A stretch of DNA of 64,000 nucleotides from Basidiobolus meristosporus CBS 931.73. Its lineage: Eukaryota > Fungi > Basidiobolomycota. The notes below the pieces were generated by a model. That model was not told the DNA's origin, made no database searches, and saw only the letters and a list, made by a program, of their open reading frames with translations. How positions within the stretch are numbered: position 1 is the first letter of the stretch; each line of letters opens with the position of its first letter. The stretch lies in contig MCFE01000137.1 of NCBI GenBank assembly GCA_002104905.1, positions 1 through 64,000 on the forward strand, written 5' to 3'. The translations under genes and the position numbers were made by a program. Positions 62,408 through 64,000 of the stretch are shown here, piece after piece.

Positions 62408-63859
62408 AGACTTGTTCCATTGGATAGTGCCAAATGATGCCATAGTGTGCCAGAGAGGCCAAGTGAGCCTCTACCTGGCCACAGAGTGTGAAACATAGCT
62501 CTGCATCTTCATGCAAAGCAGCCCCTGTGTTTCACGCATTGTGTTGGAGAAAATCCATTTTTTGACTTTTTTTTTTGGATCAATGTTGTGCAGGATGTGG
62601 TAGAGCACAAGCAGATTGAAGATATGCATCTGGTACTCAATAGACTTGTTCCGTTGGATAGTGCCACATTGAGCCATGAGTGCCAAATAGTGCCATAGTG
62701 TGCTTGAGAGTCACAGCAGACCTAAACTTGGCCACAGAGTGTGACATATAGTTCTGCATATTCATGCAAAGCAGCCCCTGTGTTTTACCAACCGGGCAGG
62801 AGAAAATCAATTTTTTAACCTTTTTTTTGGGATCAAAATTGTGCATGACATAAAAGAGCACAGACAGACTGAAGATATGCATCTGGTACATAATACCCAT
62901 GGCACTCTAAGTCTAGCCCCACAGGCTTGTAGCATGTCACAAAAATGCATGGCACTATCTTGGTCCACTGGTACTATCTGGCACTATATTTATATATTAG
63001 CCCTAAAGTAGAACCTATACAAAGCACTTATAGTGCCAGATAGTACCAGTGGACCAAGATAGTGCCATGCATTTTTGTGACATGCTACAAGCCTGTGGGG
63101 CTAGATTTAGAGTGCCATGGGTATTGTGTACCAGATGCATATCTTCAGTCTGTCTGTGCTCTTTTATGTCTTGCACAATTATGATCCCAAAAAAAAGGTT
63201 AAAAAATTGATTTTCTCCAGCACTGTAGGTGAAACACAGGGGCTGCTTTGCATGAATATGAAGAACTATATGCCACACTCTGTGGCCAAGTTTAGGTCTG
63301 CTAAGACTCTCAGGCACACTATGGCACTATTTGGCACTCATGGCTCAATGTGGCACTATCCAACAGAACAAGTCTAATATCCATGGCACTCTGAATCTAG
63401 CTCCTGTAGCTTGTATCATGCCACAAAAATGAATGGCACTATCTTGGTCCACTGGTACTACCTGGCACTATATTTAAATATTAGCCCTAAAGTAAGATCT
63501 ATACAAAGCACCTATAGTGCCAGATAGTACCAGTGGACCAAGATAGTGCCATTCATTTTTGTGACATGATACAAGCTACAGGAGCTAGAATCAGAGTGCC
63601 AAGGGTATTGAGTACCAGATGCATATCTTCAGCTCTCCTGTGCTCTTACACATCCTGAGCTACATTGATCCACAAAAAAAGGTCAAGAAATGGATTTTCT
63701 CCTGCGCAACGGGTGAAACACAGGGGCTGCTTTACATGAAGATGCAGAGCTATGTTTCACACTCTATGGCCAAGTATAGGCTCACTTGACCTCTCTGGCA
63801 CACTATGGCATCATTTGGTACTCATGGCTCAATGTGGCACTATCCAACAGAACAAGTCT
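62408..63859. mobile_element. Outer fold-back MITE of the PHIS family, TSD ATT
   Basis: ATT|AGACTTGTTCCATTGGATAGTGCCA ... TGGCACTATCCAACAGAACAAGTCT|ATT; long palindromic arms. Confidence 0.9.
62642..63375. mobile_element. Inner fold-back MITE (734 bp) nested in the outer one, TSD AAT
   Basis: AAT|AGACTTGTTCCGTTGG ... CCAACAGAACAAGTCT|AAT; arms of about 345 bp around a spacer of about 40 bp. Confidence 0.92.
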
Positions 63860-64000
63860 ATTTATTTGTGTCATCATCACCCAATAAGATCCTACTTAAT
63901 ATATCTATTTCTGTCTGATAAGGATCTGCTGATTCATTTGCTGACTAATGCCATTGATTTGATAGATAATACTGATATACTAATAAGCTAGACATATAAC

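Larger units (their letters stand above)
62285..64000 (-). repeat. Gypsy LTR (same family as 60378-60742) split by MITEs; LTR parts 62285-62407 and 63860-64000
   Basis: Both parts align to the reverse complement of about 60433-60700 and rejoin at an ATT duplication. Confidence 0.85.

Noticed and set aside
62408-63859. CRISPR-like array suggested by recurring TGGCACTA words
   Set aside because: These are subterminal repeats within palindromic MITE arms in eukaryotic DNA; no constant repeat-spacer period and no cas genes.

Overview
Eukaryotic, almost certainly fungal, DNA (short GT-AG introns) in two compartments. About 1-31.7 kb is gene-rich with normal CpG content. It holds a secreted I9 peptidase-inhibitor-like protein, an NHP6-like HMG box gene, SNM1/PSO2, a UPF0598/C8orf82 homologue, a 4-finger C2H2 factor, thymidylate synthase, a signal-peptide Cu/Zn SOD, a PHO89/PiT phosphate symporter and a LaeA-like methyltransferase, plus small solo-LTR islands. 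About 31.8-64 kb is a CpG-depleted nest of transposons: two Ty1/copia families, Ty3/gypsy relics, CACTA-like relics, a PIF/Harbinger-IS5-like (PHIS) element with ANT target duplications and a divergent unknown ORF, and nested fold-back MITEs derived from it. The main finding is a ~610-bp near-identical inverted repeat pair (13132-13745 / 18497-19110) enclosing a ~4.7-kb cassette with the C2H2 gene. Homology between the arms continues inward at only roughly 75% identity, which suggests conversion or flip-flop inversion. Secondary findings: a CACTA-derived segment captured by the PHIS element, a chimera with one CACTA end and one PHIS end, and direct CpG-targeted hypermutation between paralogues. 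All alignments and identities were estimated by eye; no searches were run.
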